DNA of 64,000 nucleotides, from positions 384,001-448,000 of the forward strand of contig CAVYVF010000023.1 of assembly GCA_963771885.1 (NCBI GenBank). Direction: 5' to 3'. Source of the stretch: Candidatus Bathyarchaeota archaeon. GTDB lineage: Archaea > Thermoproteota > Bathyarchaeia > TCS64. Under the pieces are notes generated by a model. It searched no databases. It had not been told where the DNA came from and saw only the letters and a list, made by a program, of their open reading frames with translations. The translations under genes and the position numbers were made by a program. Numbering within the stretch: position 1 is the stretch's first letter; each line of letters begins with the position of its first letter. Shown in pieces: positions 27,969 to 38,467 of this stretch.

Positions 27969-28535
27969 GTGTCTAAGAGGAAGATGCTCGCAGCGGAGGA
28001 GGACCTCGCGAACAGGGTCGCCCAGCTAGCAGAAAAGAAGGGCCTCACCGTCTACCAGACAGTCAACGACATCCTCGAGCAAGCGTTACGCGCCGAAGGT
28101 CAAGGCGTCAACCTCAAGGAGGCACTAGATCGCCGAGGCGACATGGAGCGCGCCCGAGACATGGGCCTCACATTCACAGTCGAGCACCTATACTACCAAG
28201 TCGTCGATGCCGCCTATAGGGAGGACAAGGAGAAGATCCATGACCTCTGGCGTGACATGGGCTTCTGGTACGGAAAATACTTCAAGGGCAAGAGTAGTGA
28301 CCCCGTGAAGGAACTCACGGACGCCCTCGGTTTCCTAACCCACGGAAGCCAGTTCACGGCCGAGAAGGGAAAGGGCGACGAGCTCATTGTCAGCTGCATT
28401 AACGAGCGCTACACACGGGGTTATACTGAAGTTTTTGCCACATTCATTGAGGCGGCTTTCAGCGTCCTCGGCTATAAGAAGCTCGAGAACGAGGCGAGCC
28501 GTGGTATAATTAGGATGAGGTTGGTGAAGGCGTGA
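27969..28535 (+). CDS. Hypothetical protein with putative N-terminal RHH domain (paralogue A)
   Basis: KMLAAEEDLANRVAQLAEKKGLTVYQTVNDILE; GFWYGKY motif shared with the next gene. Confidence 0.75.
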   Translation: MSKRKMLAAEEDLANRVAQLAEKKGLTVYQTVNDILEQALRAEGQGVNLKEALDRRGDMERARDMGLTFTVEHLYYQVVDAAYREDKEKIHDLWRDMGFWYGKYFKGKSSDPVKELTDALGFLTHGSQFTAEKGKGDELIVSCINERYTRGYTEVFATFIEAAFSVLGYKKLENEASRGIIRMRLVKA

Positions 28536-29122
28536 CGAAGAGGCAGCCCGACGATACGAAGCTGCTTATGCTCCCAAGTGATCTCGTTGATCGCCTCAAA
28601 GAAGTCTCTAATAAGAGAGGCACAAGTCTTTCCGGCTACGCTATGGAGGTCTTCGAGGAGGCTCTCAAGGCTGATAAAATGGGGGCTTCTCTCGGTGATG
28701 CTGTGGATGCGTTTAGAATGAAGGAGATACACCGAGGTGCGGGCGCTGTCATCGTTCCCCGGCGCGGTCTCGGCCAGATTATTAAGAGCCTTGGCGATGA
28801 GCATACCGAAGACATTGTGAAGTTATGGGACGAGGCCGGGCGCTGGTATGGTAAGTATCTACTTGGCAAACTCAGTTCTGATGACATACTTGCTTTTTTC
28901 CGTCAGGACCTCCTAACGAGTTGGAACCTCGACGAGGTCGAGTTCACGGATGGGGATCACCCGGCGCTTCGCTTCACCGGCTTCATGATGTCCGAAGAGT
29001 TCACGGGAATGCTCTTGAGCTACGTTCACGGAGTTATGGATTCCCTTGGCTACAAGGAGATTGAGAGAGATAGCCTTCGAGGAATGGCGACGATCAGGTA
29101 TCTCCGACTTAAAAACGCTTAA
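28532..29122 (+). CDS. Hypothetical protein with putative N-terminal RHH domain (paralogue B)
   Basis: KLLMLPSDLVDRLKEVSNKRGTSLSGYAMEV; GRWYGKY; GTGA overlap. Confidence 0.75.
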   Translation: MTKRQPDDTKLLMLPSDLVDRLKEVSNKRGTSLSGYAMEVFEEALKADKMGASLGDAVDAFRMKEIHRGAGAVIVPRRGLGQIIKSLGDEHTEDIVKLWDEAGRWYGKYLLGKLSSDDILAFFRQDLLTSWNLDEVEFTDGDHPALRFTGFMMSEEFTGMLLSYVHGVMDSLGYKEIERDSLRGMATIRYLRLKNA

Positions 29123-29304
29123 TTTTAACAAGTTTATGTCAAATAAATTATTTGTAAATTAAATTTTTAACATTTTTAATTTTTAATACTTATCACACAT
29201 TTTTAACATTATTCACTAGTTTGATGAATCTACACATGTAAGAAAAATTGATGGTAAAAAGAGCCCGTTTTCTTGTTCTTTTTTTTTGAGACAATCCCTT
29301 TCTT

Positions 29305-29352
29305 TGTATACATTGTCCCAAGTCTGTATACAGCAGCGGGTGGCTGTAGACA
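29305..29352. promoter_or_regulatory. Three phased TGTA(T/G)ACA boxes upstream of the S-layer-like gene
   Basis: TGTATACA 29305, TGTATACA 29325, TGTAGACA 29345 (exact 20-bp period), then CTTATTA. Confidence 0.55.
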
Positions 29353-29459
29353 TACGCTTATTAGGATACTAAGGCTCGTCTTCTCAATCGTCCGTGTGGA
29401 GTAGGTTTGAGACTCCTCTTACCCTCCACGAGACGATGAACAAGGAGAAAAATGGAAAA

Positions 29460-31873
29460 ATGAATGGTAAAAAAACACTACCATTGATAGTAATTGCTTC
29501 TCTAATGCTGTCAATTCTACCTTCAATGATGTTCGCTAGCGCTGCCCTCAGTGCTCCAATTCTATCCTCTGGCTCTGGTTTAAAGGGACAGACAATAGAG
29601 GTCACTGGTGGTACAGTTCCTGCAGGCACAGTAGTGTATCTCTACTGGGATGACTCCACCATTCCATGGAATGGTGTAAAGGGGCTTCTAAACAGCACAA
29701 CGGCTGCTGCTGCCGGTACCTATGAGGTCTGGTTTGATGTCCCTGAGGCAACTGGTGGTAACCACTACCTCTGGATAAAGACTACAACTGGCGGAATAGC
29801 CGATGTTGTTTCAATTGTCTTCGTAGTCAACTCAAGTTTGGAGGTCAGTCCCAGCAGGGGTCAACCTCTCGACACAGTGACTGTATCTCTATCTGGCTTT
29901 GGAAATGCTGCTAAAGTCCAAGTTCTATTCAATGGAGTTCTAGTCGTAACTCCCACCACTAAACTCTATCGGTTCCGCGAGTACAACTTTCAAGGTACCT
30001 GATCTAGCCGATGGTACTTACTCCATCACTAACAACGGAACAGCTCCAGCTGTAGACTTTCATAATTGGCCCAACGATCACAGTGACCCCAACCTCCGGC
30101 CCAGTTGGAACAGTTGTTTCAATCACGGGAAGAGGATTTACTCCAATGGCCAATGGTGTCGTTCAGGGTAACCTATTTGTCGATGATGGCATTAGATCCT
30201 GCTTGCTGGATTACCACTACTGTTCCAATGACTGTTGATGCAACTGGCAGAATAAGATTCAATGCTGTAATTGCACAAACAAGCGATGATGGCGACTTCG
30301 TACTTGTCCTTGATTCTGCTGCTGGTTACGCTCAGGTCGACTTCGAGGTTACGGCCCTTGCAAAGACTACTGTAACTCCCGGCTTTGGTGCACAGGCATC
30401 TACACTCACGGTCTCAGGTGTAAACTTCCCCAAGATCGCAGGTGAGGATGTAACCTTACAACTTACTGATGGCCTTACAACGTTACACTTGGTACTGTTA
30501 CTACTTTGGCTGATGGTACCTGGAGTAAGAATGTCAAGGTACCTGCCGTTGCTGATGGAAAGTATGACGTAGTGGCAAATGCTGCTGGTTACAACATCGC
30601 GGATATTGCAGCCTTCAAGGTAGGCACGATGAACATTATCCTCGGTGAAGATGAAGGTCCTACGGGTCTTCTCGTCTGGTTAACCGCCAACGGCTTTGAA
30701 CCAAACGAAGCCTGGAACGCAACCATCGGCGATGAAGAGATCGGCAGCGGAACCGTATCCGCAACTGGTACAATCAGCGCTACATGGAGAGTTCCACAGT
30801 TAGCGGTCGGTACATACACAATAACTGTATGGGATATATTCAACGAGATCGCATTAACCACAACCTTCACGGTAACAAAGACCACGACAGTGACCCTTAG
30901 CGTAGCAAGCGCTCCAGTGGACTTCAAGGTTGGAATCGCTGGATATGGATTCTCAGACGATCTCACTAACACACTCACCTTCGTAATTTACAACAAGACC
31001 AGCACAGGTGCACTAGACTTCTGGTGGACCCCAACAACCATCACTGACGCTACTCTAGAAGATGGCGTGATCCACGAGGACGCCGCCTGGGTAGTCGATG
31101 ATGTACTCAGCAAGGGCAACTACTGGATGAACGTCACTGACATAGATGACTACGCCGTAACGGTACCCTTCACAGTTGGCGATGTACACGCAGTTGCACA
31201 GACTCGCAAAGCTTCATTCGCGCTCGGCGAAACTATCTCCTTCCTACTTGAGCACAGCTTCGGTAACCAGGATCCAATCTGGGGCAGTGTCCTCAAGATC
31301 TACAACCCCAGTGGGGTTCTAGTCTTTGACGGAGACATGCTCACAACCTGGACCAAGACTGGTCTCTGGTACACGGCTCCATACTCCAGCCAGACCGCTG
31401 GTGGTAACCCAATGATCATCCCACAGGATGCAGCAATTGGCACTTGGAGTTGGAAGTGGGTAGACGCCGACGATGAAACCGCCGCAACTGGCACTTTCGC
31501 AGTGACTGAGATCGCAGCTGGATCAGTTGACGAGAAGATCGCTGCTCTCACAACCCAGATCGCAGCAGTCACTACAAACGTGAACAACCTACAGACCACA
31601 GTCGCCAGCGTAGCGACGACCGCGACGGCAGCCTCGAACGCCGCCACGGCAGCCTCGACGGCAGCAAGCGCAGCCGCCACGGCAGCCACGGCAGCCTCCG
31701 CGGCAGCCACCGCAGCAGGCGCAAAGGCTGACGCAGCCAAGACTGCAGCAGAGAGCGCAGCGGCCGCAGCAAACGGCCTCACGACGCTAGTCTATGCAGC
31801 CATCGGTGCAAGCCTCATAGCCGCGCTCGCCGCAATCGTCGCGCTGATGCAGATCAGCCGCAAGATCGCGTAA
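29460..31873 (+). CDS. Large S-layer/surface glycoprotein: signal peptide, Ig-like beta repeats, Ala/Thr stalk, C-terminal TM; about four apparent frameshifts
   Basis: MNGKK + hydrophobic signal, Thr/Gly/Val-rich repeats (VTPTSGPVGT), N-x-T sequons, (TAA)n stalk, LVYAAIGASLIAALAAIVALMQISRKIA. Confidence 0.8.
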
Positions 31874-31886
31874 GACAAAACCAATC

Positions 31887-31902
31887 CTTTTTTATTTTTT
31901 TT
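31887..31902 (+). terminator. Archaeal oligo-T terminator
   Basis: Long T tracts just after the surface-protein stop codon. Confidence 0.6.
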
Positions 31903-31973
31903 CATTTCTGGCACCCAGCGGAAGCTGGGGTTGCCTACCACATTTTTTAAACCCGTAGACATAGGTGGACTGC

Positions 31974-32949
31974 ATGCTCGCCCCCGCCGCGATCAGCGCC
32001 CTCATACAGACGGGGGTCGTCATCATACTCTGCGTTGGCTTCACCTTCACGTATATGGTTGAAAAGTTCCCCAATTTTGCGCACACGGCCCTCGCCACCT
32101 TCGGGACAGTGCTGAGTTACACCCTCGTGAGGATACTTGGCTTCGACCCATACGTTGCTCTGCCTTTCTCCGTGTTGTTCTGCGGGCTGCTAAGTATGGG
32201 GCTTTACTTGCTCATTGTGCGCCCGATAAAGGCAACTGGGGCGAGGGAGATCACGATGACCTTTGCTTTCTTCGCACTGGCTCAGGTCATGTCCTCCAGT
32301 GGTCAACGTCTACAGTTACTGGTTCATGCTCAGTCAGGGGCACCCCACTCAGGGATTCAGTCTCGTCTCCTGGGACTTCAAGTACCAGGGCTACCCTGGC
32401 GTGCTCCTAATCATACTTCCCTTATGCGCGGTCCTTGTTTTCTCGCTCTGGGTCTTCCTCACCAGAGTCAAGCAGGGCATCGCCTTCCGCGCCGTTGCTG
32501 AGGACGAGGCGCTCGCAGCGAGCCTCGGCATAAACACCCCAAACGTTCACCTCCTAACATGGCTGCTCACCGGCGCGCTCGCCGGCCTCGCAGGCGGGCT
32601 GATACCCCTCTGGAGGTACACGGGCCTCGGATATAACGACGAGTTTCTCATGCTCGTTATGGCTGGAAGCGTAGTGGGTGGAATAAACAGCGTAACAGGC
32701 GCCGTCGTTGGCGGGCTACTCGCCGCCACCTCGCAGAAGGTGCTCGGTGCCCTCGCCATCGCCATCTACGGCGTCGACGCCTCCGCATACGAGTCCATCT
32801 ACCCGACCATACTCATCGCAACCATACTCATGCTGCAGCCCGAGGGTATAATGGGCTTCTTCGGCCACTCCAACAACATCCTCGCCACGCTCAAGCGCAG
32901 GTATGAACGTATCCGCGCTTCACCTACGAGAGTGACCCACGCCACTTAA
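31974..32949 (+). CDS. Branched-chain amino acid ABC permease (LivH-like), one apparent frameshift at ~32290
   Basis: GFTFTY...FPNFAH, GIAFRAVAEDEALAASLGIN, GALAGLAG, VVGG. Confidence 0.8.
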
Positions 32950-32974
32950 ATCCGGGGCCGAAACCTAGAAGGCG

Positions 32975-34810
32975 ATGCCCGAGCCGAGCGCAGGGTGGAG
33001 GAGCCTATTCCCCTACGATCCCTACCCCCAGCAGGTCGACTTCATGGGGGACACCGAGTCGACCCTCGGCTCAGGTGGCACACTAATCGCCGAGGCATGC
33101 AACGGCTTCGGAAAGACCGTCTCCGCCCTCAGCGCCCTCCTCCCCCTCGGAAAGCCCATCACATACGCTACACGCACCCACGACCAGGTGAGGCAGGTCC
33201 TCGCCGAGGTCGAGAAGATAAACACCCACGCCGGTACAGCTTACACCGCCGTCAACCTCGCGAGCAGGGACCACCTCTGCCTAAATCCAGACTGCCGAGG
33301 CAGGCCAAGCAGGGAGGCGCAGGAGCTCTGCGGGGTACTCCGGAAGGAGGAACGATGTCCATACCGATCCGAGTTCAATGACGCGCCAACCGGGTTACCG
33401 CGAGTCCTCTCAGTTGACACCCTCGTCTCGACGGGGCGCCGCGCGAGGCTCTGCCCCTACTTCCTCGCCCGCCGCGTCGCCAAGACTCGGAGCCTCACGG
33501 TCTGCCCCTACCCCTACGTCTTCGACCACAAGATCAGAATGATGACCGGACTCGACCTAGAGGGTCGTCTGCTCGTCCTCGACGAGGGACACAACGCCGA
33601 TCAGGTGGGGCAGGAGACGCTTAGTGACACCCTCAGCGACAGGAGCCTCGCAGCCGCCTCGGACGAACTCAAGTCCATTGGCATGAACAGGGCTCCTCTG
33701 AGGCGGCTGGAGGACCACCTCGCCGAGGTCATCGGGGACGAGCCTACACTTGTCAAGGCGGAGGATGCATACGACAATGTGGCCCACGCCCTAGGCGGAG
33801 ATCTCATCGCCTTCACCGAGAACCACGCACCCGCCGTCGAGGCGATAAGGGGTAGGAAGGAGAAGGCCGGAGAGCCACCCCTCAGCTACCTGAATGGCGT
33901 CCTCGGCTTCCTCGAGCTGCTGATGGAGAGCAGGAAGGACAAGTACGTCGCCATCTATCAGAAGGCTAGCTACGGGTCGAACATGCTCGAGTACAGGTGT
34001 CTAGACCCAAGCCTAGCAATACGCCCAATCGTCGACTCCGCCGCGGGCACACTGATAATGTCTGGCACACTCAGCCCCCTGCCTCTCTTCGCCGAGGTCA
34101 TCGGGCTCAACAGGGCCCAGCTGCGCAGCTACCCCGCAATACAGACGAGTGACAAGATCAAGATGACGATAGACCCCAGCGTCACAACTACATACCGCGA
34201 TAGAGGGCCTGAGATGCAAAAAAAGATAGGGTCAGCAGTCGCCGCCGCCCTCAAGGGAGTCCCGAACGGGGCACTCGTCTTCTTCCCACAACGCACACTC
34301 ATGGAGAACAGCCTCGAGGCGTGGACGCAGGCGGGACTCATACAAGTCAGCGGTGGCAGGCCCTACCTTGCCGGTAAGCTACTTTTCAGGGAGGGGCGTG
34401 ATGCTAAGGCGAATCAGGACACTGTCGCACGCTACAAGGCAGCGGCGGTGACACCTCAGGGCGCTGTTCTAACATGCGTCTTCCGCGGCAGGAACTCGGA
34501 GGGGAGCAACTTCCCCGACGACCAGTGCCGCGGCATAGCTCTCGTTGGCGTCCCATACGCCAACTACGGGGATCCCCTAGTCCGCGCTCAGATTGCCTAC
34601 TATGACAGGAGGAGCATGGGCCTCGGCCACAGGTGGTACACGATGGACGCCTTCCGGGCCGCAAACCAAGCCCTCGGCAGGGGCATCAGGAGCCGCGAGG
34701 ACTGGTGCCACTACTGGCTCCTCGACCAGCGGTACGCCCAGCACAGCGACCTAATAAGCGCGTGGGCGAAAGGTGCGGGGCCCACTATAGTCGAACCCGA
34801 GACGCTATAA
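32975..34810 (+). CDS. xpd: XPD/Rad3-family Fe-S DNA helicase
   Basis: FPYDPYPQQ, GFGKT, four Cys, DEGHN, SGTL, GVPY, QALGRGIR. Confidence 0.9.
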   Translation: MPEPSAGWRSLFPYDPYPQQVDFMGDTESTLGSGGTLIAEACNGFGKTVSALSALLPLGKPITYATRTHDQVRQVLAEVEKINTHAGTAYTAVNLASRDHLCLNPDCRGRPSREAQELCGVLRKEERCPYRSEFNDAPTGLPRVLSVDTLVSTGRRARLCPYFLARRVAKTRSLTVCPYPYVFDHKIRMMTGLDLEGRLLVLDEGHNADQVGQETLSDTLSDRSLAAASDELKSIGMNRAPLRRLEDHLAEVIGDEPTLVKAEDAYDNVAHALGGDLIAFTENHAPAVEAIRGRKEKAGEPPLSYLNGVLGFLELLMESRKDKYVAIYQKASYGSNMLEYRCLDPSLAIRPIVDSAAGTLIMSGTLSPLPLFAEVIGLNRAQLRSYPAIQTSDKIKMTIDPSVTTTYRDRGPEMQKKIGSAVAAALKGVPNGALVFFPQRTLMENSLEAWTQAGLIQVSGGRPYLAGKLLFREGRDAKANQDTVARYKAAAVTPQGAVLTCVFRGRNSEGSNFPDDQCRGIALVGVPYANYGDPLVRAQIAYYDRRSMGLGHRWYTMDAFRAANQALGRGIRSREDWCHYWLLDQRYAQHSDLISAWAKGAGPTIVEPETL

Positions 34811-34840
34811 ACGCCGCCGGGCACCATAACTCGAAGTATT

Positions 34841-36028
34841 ATGCCCACACTGGACGAGGCACTCGGGATGATAAGCCGCGAAGAGGTCGTCGAGACGGCG
34901 AAGAGGCTCATACGTGTCCCCAGCATCACGGGGGACGAGAGGAAGGTCGTGCTCCTAGCCCGCGATATAATCGAGAGCTTAGGGATCGAGACGCGCCTTT
35001 ATGGAACCGAGGAGCGTCCAATACTCACAGCGACTCTAAATCCCGAGGCGAAGCGCCTCGTTGCTTTCAACGGTCACCTCGACGTGGTCCCCCCCGCCAG
35101 CCTCGACGCCTGGAGTGGTGACCCTTGGAATCCACAGCTCATCGGCAACAATCTCACCGGGAGGGGGAGCTGCGACATGAAGTCCGCCTGTGCTGTGATG
35201 ATACACGTGGCGGGCATAATCAATGAGCAAAAGCTACCCCTCGGCGTGGCGCTGCACCTCGTGCCCGATGAGGAGAAGGGGGCGGCGCACGGCACCAAGG
35301 TGCTGATCGAGGAGATGAAGAGGGGGAATCTGCGTCGCCCAGACTACGTCGTCATAGGGGAGAAGAGCAACCTCAAGCTTCGTGTCGCCGAGCGAGGTGG
35401 TTGGAGCTTCAAGATCAAGTTCAAAGGAAGGGCGTCTCACACAGCCTTCGCGCGGGTTGACGGGATAAACGCCATAGCAAAGGCGTCGAAAGGTGTGCTA
35501 GCGTTGGAGAAGCACATCGATAAATGGCACCCGTGGATCGGCGCCCCTGTTCTCAGCGTCAACTCGGTACAGGCTGGCACAGCGGGCAACCAGGTCCCAG
35601 ACGAGTGCACTATAAGTATCGACCGTCGCCTCATCCCCGGTGAGACTCCCGACACAGTAGCCGCAGAGGTAAAGCAGATCCTCGACGAGGCGGGTAGAGG
35701 AGACTCCGACTGGCGCTGGGAGATAGACGCGCCTAAGGACGGCCACGGCAATTGGATCTTCAACCCTGCCAACTTCACCGACCCAGACACCGAGCTCGGA
35801 ACAGCCTTCAAAGCGGCGGTGAAGGCAGCCCTAGGAAAGGAGGCCGAGCTCTTCGTCGAGTGGGCGGGCGGGACGGACGGCGCATACTACCGCGAAGCCG
35901 GAATACCCACGATAGGCTTTGGCCCCACCGGCGAGCACATGCATGGGCCAAACGAGCTCGTCTATGTAGACACACTCATCGACCAGGCGCGCGTCTATGT
36001 CGCCCTCGCCCTCCAGCTCTCCAAGTAA
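34841..36028 (+). CDS. M20 family metallopeptidase/deacylase (ArgE/DapE-like)
   Basis: NGHLDVVP, GRGSCDMK, DEE, GGTD, HGPNE. Confidence 0.92.
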   Translation: MPTLDEALGMISREEVVETAKRLIRVPSITGDERKVVLLARDIIESLGIETRLYGTEERPILTATLNPEAKRLVAFNGHLDVVPPASLDAWSGDPWNPQLIGNNLTGRGSCDMKSACAVMIHVAGIINEQKLPLGVALHLVPDEEKGAAHGTKVLIEEMKRGNLRRPDYVVIGEKSNLKLRVAERGGWSFKIKFKGRASHTAFARVDGINAIAKASKGVLALEKHIDKWHPWIGAPVLSVNSVQAGTAGNQVPDECTISIDRRLIPGETPDTVAAEVKQILDEAGRGDSDWRWEIDAPKDGHGNWIFNPANFTDPDTELGTAFKAAVKAALGKEAELFVEWAGGTDGAYYREAGIPTIGFGPTGEHMHGPNELVYVDTLIDQARVYVALALQLSK

Positions 36029-36136
36029 GATCGACCATGGGAAAGTATCACACCGTGCGCGCTCTACACACTGGAAGCGCGTCCCGGAGTGACCCCATCG
36101 CTTTTAGGCTCATACCCCTATATGTTATCGAGAACG

Positions 36137-37027
36137 ATGCCCAAGCCAGCCATACCCGAAGCACCTGAGGCGTTTAGTCTATTTGGAGAACCTCTTAATC
36201 AGCAACCCCCTCGCCCTGAGGTCGTGGAGATGCAGAAAACCCTCTACGAGAAGGCGCTAAGAGACTGGGAGAAGAACCCAAACGATGCCGAAGCCATTAT
36301 TTGGCTTGGGAGGCGCACAGCCTACCTCGGACGCATAAGGGAGGCGGCTGCTATCTTCAGCAAGGGGATAGAAGTGCACCCCGAGGACTCGCGGATGTAC
36401 CGCCACAGGGGCCACCGATTCCTCAGTCTCCGCCTATTCGACCAGGCGATCGACGACCTCGAGAAGGCGGCGGAGCTCATCGAGGGGAAGCCGGACGAGG
36501 TCGAGCCTGACGGCATCCCGAACGAGCGGGGCATCCCCGTAAGCAGCCTCCAATTCAACATCTGGTACCATCTGGGTCTCGCGTACTACCTTATAGGCGA
36601 CTACGAGTCCGCCCTCAGCTGTTACGAGGACTGTCTCAAGGTGAGTGAGATACCCGACAAGCTCGTCGCTACGGTGCACTGGACATATATGACCCTCCGC
36701 CTCCTCGAGCGCAAGGAGGAAGCCGATGAGCTGATCAACCCGATCACCGCGGATATGGATATCATCGAGAATCAGCACTACCACCGGCTCCTCCTCATGT
36801 ACAAGGGGGATACGACACCCGATGAGGTCATGAAGGAGGCGAGAAAGCAGGGACCTCTCGCCGTGGCGACGGTCGGCTATGGCGTCGGCAACTGGTACCT
36901 CTATAACGCGAAAGAGGAAAAGGCAGTCGAGGTCTACAATGAGATACTCGACACCCGCGGCTGGTCGGGCTTCGGATACATCGCCGCCGAGGCTGACCTC
37001 AAGTGGCTCAGCCTACCGAAGGAGTAA
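36137..37027 (+). CDS. TPR-repeat protein
   Basis: Repeated TPR-like helices (WLGRRTAYLG, YRHRGHR, WYHLGLAYY). Confidence 0.8.
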   Translation: MPKPAIPEAPEAFSLFGEPLNQQPPRPEVVEMQKTLYEKALRDWEKNPNDAEAIIWLGRRTAYLGRIREAAAIFSKGIEVHPEDSRMYRHRGHRFLSLRLFDQAIDDLEKAAELIEGKPDEVEPDGIPNERGIPVSSLQFNIWYHLGLAYYLIGDYESALSCYEDCLKVSEIPDKLVATVHWTYMTLRLLERKEEADELINPITADMDIIENQHYHRLLLMYKGDTTPDEVMKEARKQGPLAVATVGYGVGNWYLYNAKEEKAVEVYNEILDTRGWSGFGYIAAEADLKWLSLPKE

Positions 37028-38201
37028 CCCTATTTCTCAGGAAGAGTGACATCGAGACGACCGCAGCGCTCGCTGTCACCATACTGTACAATGAGGCAGC
37101 CGACGATCCATAACTGTTCCACAGCCACCCAGTAGCAGCGTTGCTGATGAAGAACGACACTCCAACGACCAAATAGTAAACACCATAAGCTGTACCCCTC
37201 AACCCCGTCTTAGCGTAGTGAGGCACCATCGCTCTCTGCACCGTCTCGACGACGCCTTGATACAGGCCATAGACGGCCGCGATGACGTAGGCGAGGAATA
37301 GACTCCTCGAGCCAAGAAAGATCAGGGTGGTGGAGGTGAGGAATAAGATATAGCCGCCTGCGAGCACTTTCTCCTTGCCTATTCTATCTGACAGCCTCCC
37401 TGCTGGTATGGCTATGAGCGTATGCGCTACGTTAACTAAGGCGTAGACGACGGGGATTAGATCCGCCCCAACTCCGAGGTCTTGGGCGTTAAGAAGGATG
37501 AAGCTGAAGTTGAAGGCACCCACGCTGAACAAGGCGACGACGATGAGCAGCCTCCTATAGTCGGCTGTAAGTGTGTCCCTTATCCCCTTCAGTAGCTCGA
37601 ATTTGGCGCTAGCCTTCGGGATCGTCTCCTTCACGAAGAAAACGAGGATGATGAGGGCGATCGCCCCCGGGATGAAGCTGATCCAGAATATGTCCCTCAC
37701 AGTGTAGCCGAGGAAGATGAGCAACCCTGAGGCGAGGAGGGGGCCTACGATGGCGCCGGACTGGTCGAGGGTGCGGTGCAGCCCAAAGGCGGCGCCGCTC
37801 CTCTCACTCGAAACAGATTCGCTGATCAATGCGTCCCGAGGGGCGGTCCTTATCCCCTTCCCAACCCTGTCCCCGACCCTTACCCACAGCGTATCCCACG
37901 CCGTCGAGGCGACCGCGAAGAAAGGCTTCACGACGTTGCTGAACCCGTACCCAATAAGTACGAGGAGCTTTCTCCTCCTGAACTTGTCGCTCCAGAACCC
38001 TGAGACGGAGCGGAGGCTGTAGCTGAGAGCCTCCGCGACGCCTTCGATGAGACCGAGGAATGCGGGGCTCGACCCTGGCAGGCTCAGGATGAAGACGGGG
38101 AGGACGCTAAAGACCATCTCGCTAGAGATGTCCGTGAAAAAGCTGACGAGCCCGAGGGCGTAGATGTTACGCATCCCACCCTTCTCTTTCTCTGAGGACA
38201 C
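37008..38201 (-). CDS. MFS transporter
   Basis: 12 TM, GFWSDKFRRRK, GRLSDRIGK. Confidence 0.92.
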   Translation of the reverse strand: MSSEKEKGGMRNIYALGLVSFFTDISSEMVFSVLPVFILSLPGSSPAFLGLIEGVAEALSYSLRSVSGFWSDKFRRRKLLVLIGYGFSNVVKPFFAVASTAWDTLWVRVGDRVGKGIRTAPRDALISESVSSERSGAAFGLHRTLDQSGAIVGPLLASGLLIFLGYTVRDIFWISFIPGAIALIILVFFVKETIPKASAKFELLKGIRDTLTADYRRLLIVVALFSVGAFNFSFILLNAQDLGVGADLIPVVYALVNVAHTLIAIPAGRLSDRIGKEKVLAGGYILFLTSTTLIFLGSRSLFLAYVIAAVYGLYQGVVETVQRAMVPHYAKTGLRGTAYGVYYLVVGVSFFISNAATGWLWNSYGSSAASLYSMVTASAAVVSMSLFLRNRVTPSVG

Positions 38202-38289
38202 ACCAGACTCGATGCCTTGGGTCTATTTACGCCTGTGGACCAAATTCGATAAGTAACCTATGAGCCCTGTATGGTCTTGGGGACGCACC

Positions 38290-38466
38290 GTGAAGAGCAG
38301 GGAGACCTATTCGAGAGACTACATAGACTCGGCGAAAAGACTGGGGATCGACCTAGAGATTCCGACGCAGCATATTACGAAGACGGCGGAAGCTGCATGG
38401 GCGGTCGATAATTTTCCGATCGAACCCGGAGACGAGCCAGCCAAGGAAAGTCCCACGAGGAGGTAA
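38290..38466 (+). CDS. Small GatC/AtzG-like amidase partner
   Basis: AKRLGIDL...VDNFPIEPGDEPA; ends 1 nt before the amidase start. Confidence 0.6.
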   Translation: MKSRETYSRDYIDSAKRLGIDLEIPTQHITKTAEAAWAVDNFPIEPGDEPAKESPTRR

Positions 38467-38467
38467 A

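Noticed and set aside
38444..38453. AGGAAAGTCC resembling the RNase P RNA conserved core
   Set aside because: Lies inside a plausible small CDS 15 nt before the amidase start; no room for the RNA and no matching 3' P4 strand seen
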